A stretch of 32,000 nucleotides of DNA from Halogeometricum borinquense DSM 11551 (GTDB lineage Archaea > Halobacteriota > Halobacteria > Halobacteriales > Haloferacaceae). The stretch lies in contig NC_014732.1 of the NCBI RefSeq assembly GCF_000172995.2, positions 1-32,000 of the forward strand, written 5' to 3'. Each line of letters starts with the position of its first letter. Positions within the stretch are counted from its first letter, which is position 1. Both the position numbers and the translations under genes were made by a program. This document shows positions 31,298 through 32,000 of this stretch, piece after piece. The notes beneath the pieces are model-generated. The model saw only the letters and a program-made list of their open reading frames with translations, was not told where the DNA came from and ran no database searches.

Positions 31298-31712
31298 TGA
31301 ATTCAACGACGACGGCGGGGCAAAATACTGCGCGTACACCGATTACTCGGAGGGGAAGAACGTAGACGGCTTCCCCGCGACGGGTGAGGGAGCAGACGGT
31401 ATCGAACGCGCCGTGTGGGACGCTCTCTACTCCGTCGAGGACCCGGAGATGCCCATCAGCATCGTCGATTTGGGGCTCATCTACGCCGTCGGCGTTGACG
31501 TCGAGGCGGGCGAAGCGCGAATCGACATGACGCTCACGTACACCGGATGTCCCGCGCGGGACATGCTCGAAGACGATATCCGTGAAGCCGTCCTCGCTGT
31601 CGAGGGAATCAAAGACGTGATGCTCAACCTTGTCTGGAGTCCTGCGTGGTCCGTCGAGATGGTGACCGAAGCGGGCAAACAAGACCTCCGAGAGTTCGGA
31701 CTGAGTATCTAA
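31290..31712 (+). CDS. paaD: Phenylacetate-CoA oxygenase subunit PaaD, DUF59/MIP18 domain only
   Basis: 'VWDALYSVEDPEMPISIVDLGLIY...MTLTYTGCPARDML' is the DUF59 Fe-S assembly-like domain found at the N-terminus of PaaD. Overlaps the paaC end by 8 nt. Confidence 0.85.
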   Translation: MSSEFNDDGGAKYCAYTDYSEGKNVDGFPATGEGADGIERAVWDALYSVEDPEMPISIVDLGLIYAVGVDVEAGEARIDMTLTYTGCPARDMLEDDIREAVLAVEGIKDVMLNLVWSPAWSVEMVTEAGKQDLREFGLSI

Positions 31713-31714
31713 CC

Positions 31715-31882
31715 ATGAGAGGACTCGACCCGAGCGTAAACACCAGTGGAAAGGATGAGACGGCCGAGTGTCCGTACTGCGGCGGGACGAACACTGAACG
31801 AGAACATCCGAAGGGACCCTCGCTCTGCCGGTCGATGCATTACTGCAACGACTGCGAAGAACCGTTCGAGAAGTTCGGCTAG
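31715..31882 (+). CDS. PaaD-like zinc-ribbon protein (separate C-terminal module of PaaD)
   Basis: 55 aa from the ATG at 31715, 2 nt after the paaD stop. 'CPYCGGTNTE...SLCRSMHYCNDCEEPFEKF' matches the Cys4 tail of bacterial PaaD as I recall it (CP.CGS..T....FG...CK..Y.C..C.EPF..FK). Confidence 0.7.
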   Translation: MRGLDPSVNTSGKDETAECPYCGGTNTEREHPKGPSLCRSMHYCNDCEEPFEKFG

Positions 31883-31918
31883 ATCCGGCGGACTCGTCCG
31901 GAGCAGTCCATCTCGCAC

Positions 31919-31928
31919 TTATTTTGTT
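31919..31928 (+). terminator. T-rich tract (ttattttgtt) ~37 nt after the paa operon stop, preceded by a short hairpin (tccgg-n9-ccgga at 31884-31902); candidate archaeal terminator
   Basis: Oligo-T runs are the usual haloarchaeal termination signal, but this one has only 4 consecutive T. Confidence 0.25.
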
Positions 31929-32000
31929 ACCCGCGCTGCTGTTAATACAGCCATAAACAGACAGATATTTGAAACAGTCAGATTCCGGAGCGGTATCTGT

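Noticed and set aside
31961-32000. Inverted repeat ACAGATA-n26-TATCTGT at the window edge
   Set aside because: It is truncated by the end of the window, so I cannot tell whether it extends or belongs to a downstream element.

Overview
High-GC, haloarchaeal-type chromosomal segment: acidic proteins, Tat plus lipobox signals, and TATA-like boxes about 25-30 nt upstream of start codons. I support 29 protein-coding genes. I see no rRNA, tRNA, CRISPR array, transposase or integrase. (1) Positions ~85-26362 form a ~26 kb cell-surface glycan (agl/EPS-like) island. It holds a DUF354 protein, three GT2 and one GT4 glycosyltransferases, and a Wzx/MOP-type flippase. Tailoring genes are an FkbM methyltransferase, a CE4 deacetylase, a Gfo/Idh/MocA oxidoreductase, a TIM-barrel sugar isomerase/epimerase and a HAD hydrolase. 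(2) Positions 26715-31882 are an aromatic-acid catabolic block: amidohydrolase, crotonase, an HTH_10 (Bat-like) regulator and paaABCD, with paaD split into a DUF59 gene and a separate zinc-ribbon gene. The unusual content lies in the glycan island. It has two paralogous Tat-exported right-handed beta-helix proteins; one is lipobox-anchored and the other is free with four C-terminal repeat modules behind a very AT-rich promoter. It has three cytoplasmic alkaline-phosphatase-superfamily enzymes; the two sulfatase-like ones carry Thr where the formylglycine Cys should be. Three unrelated proteins share a C-terminal ...L-x-x-LGY(M/L)(E) tail. There is also a ~14-TM membrane protein of unknown family, a signal-less 7-bladed FG-GAP propeller, and a small ORF built on a 30-bp tandem repeat. 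All functional calls come from reading motifs by eye; no database search was possible.
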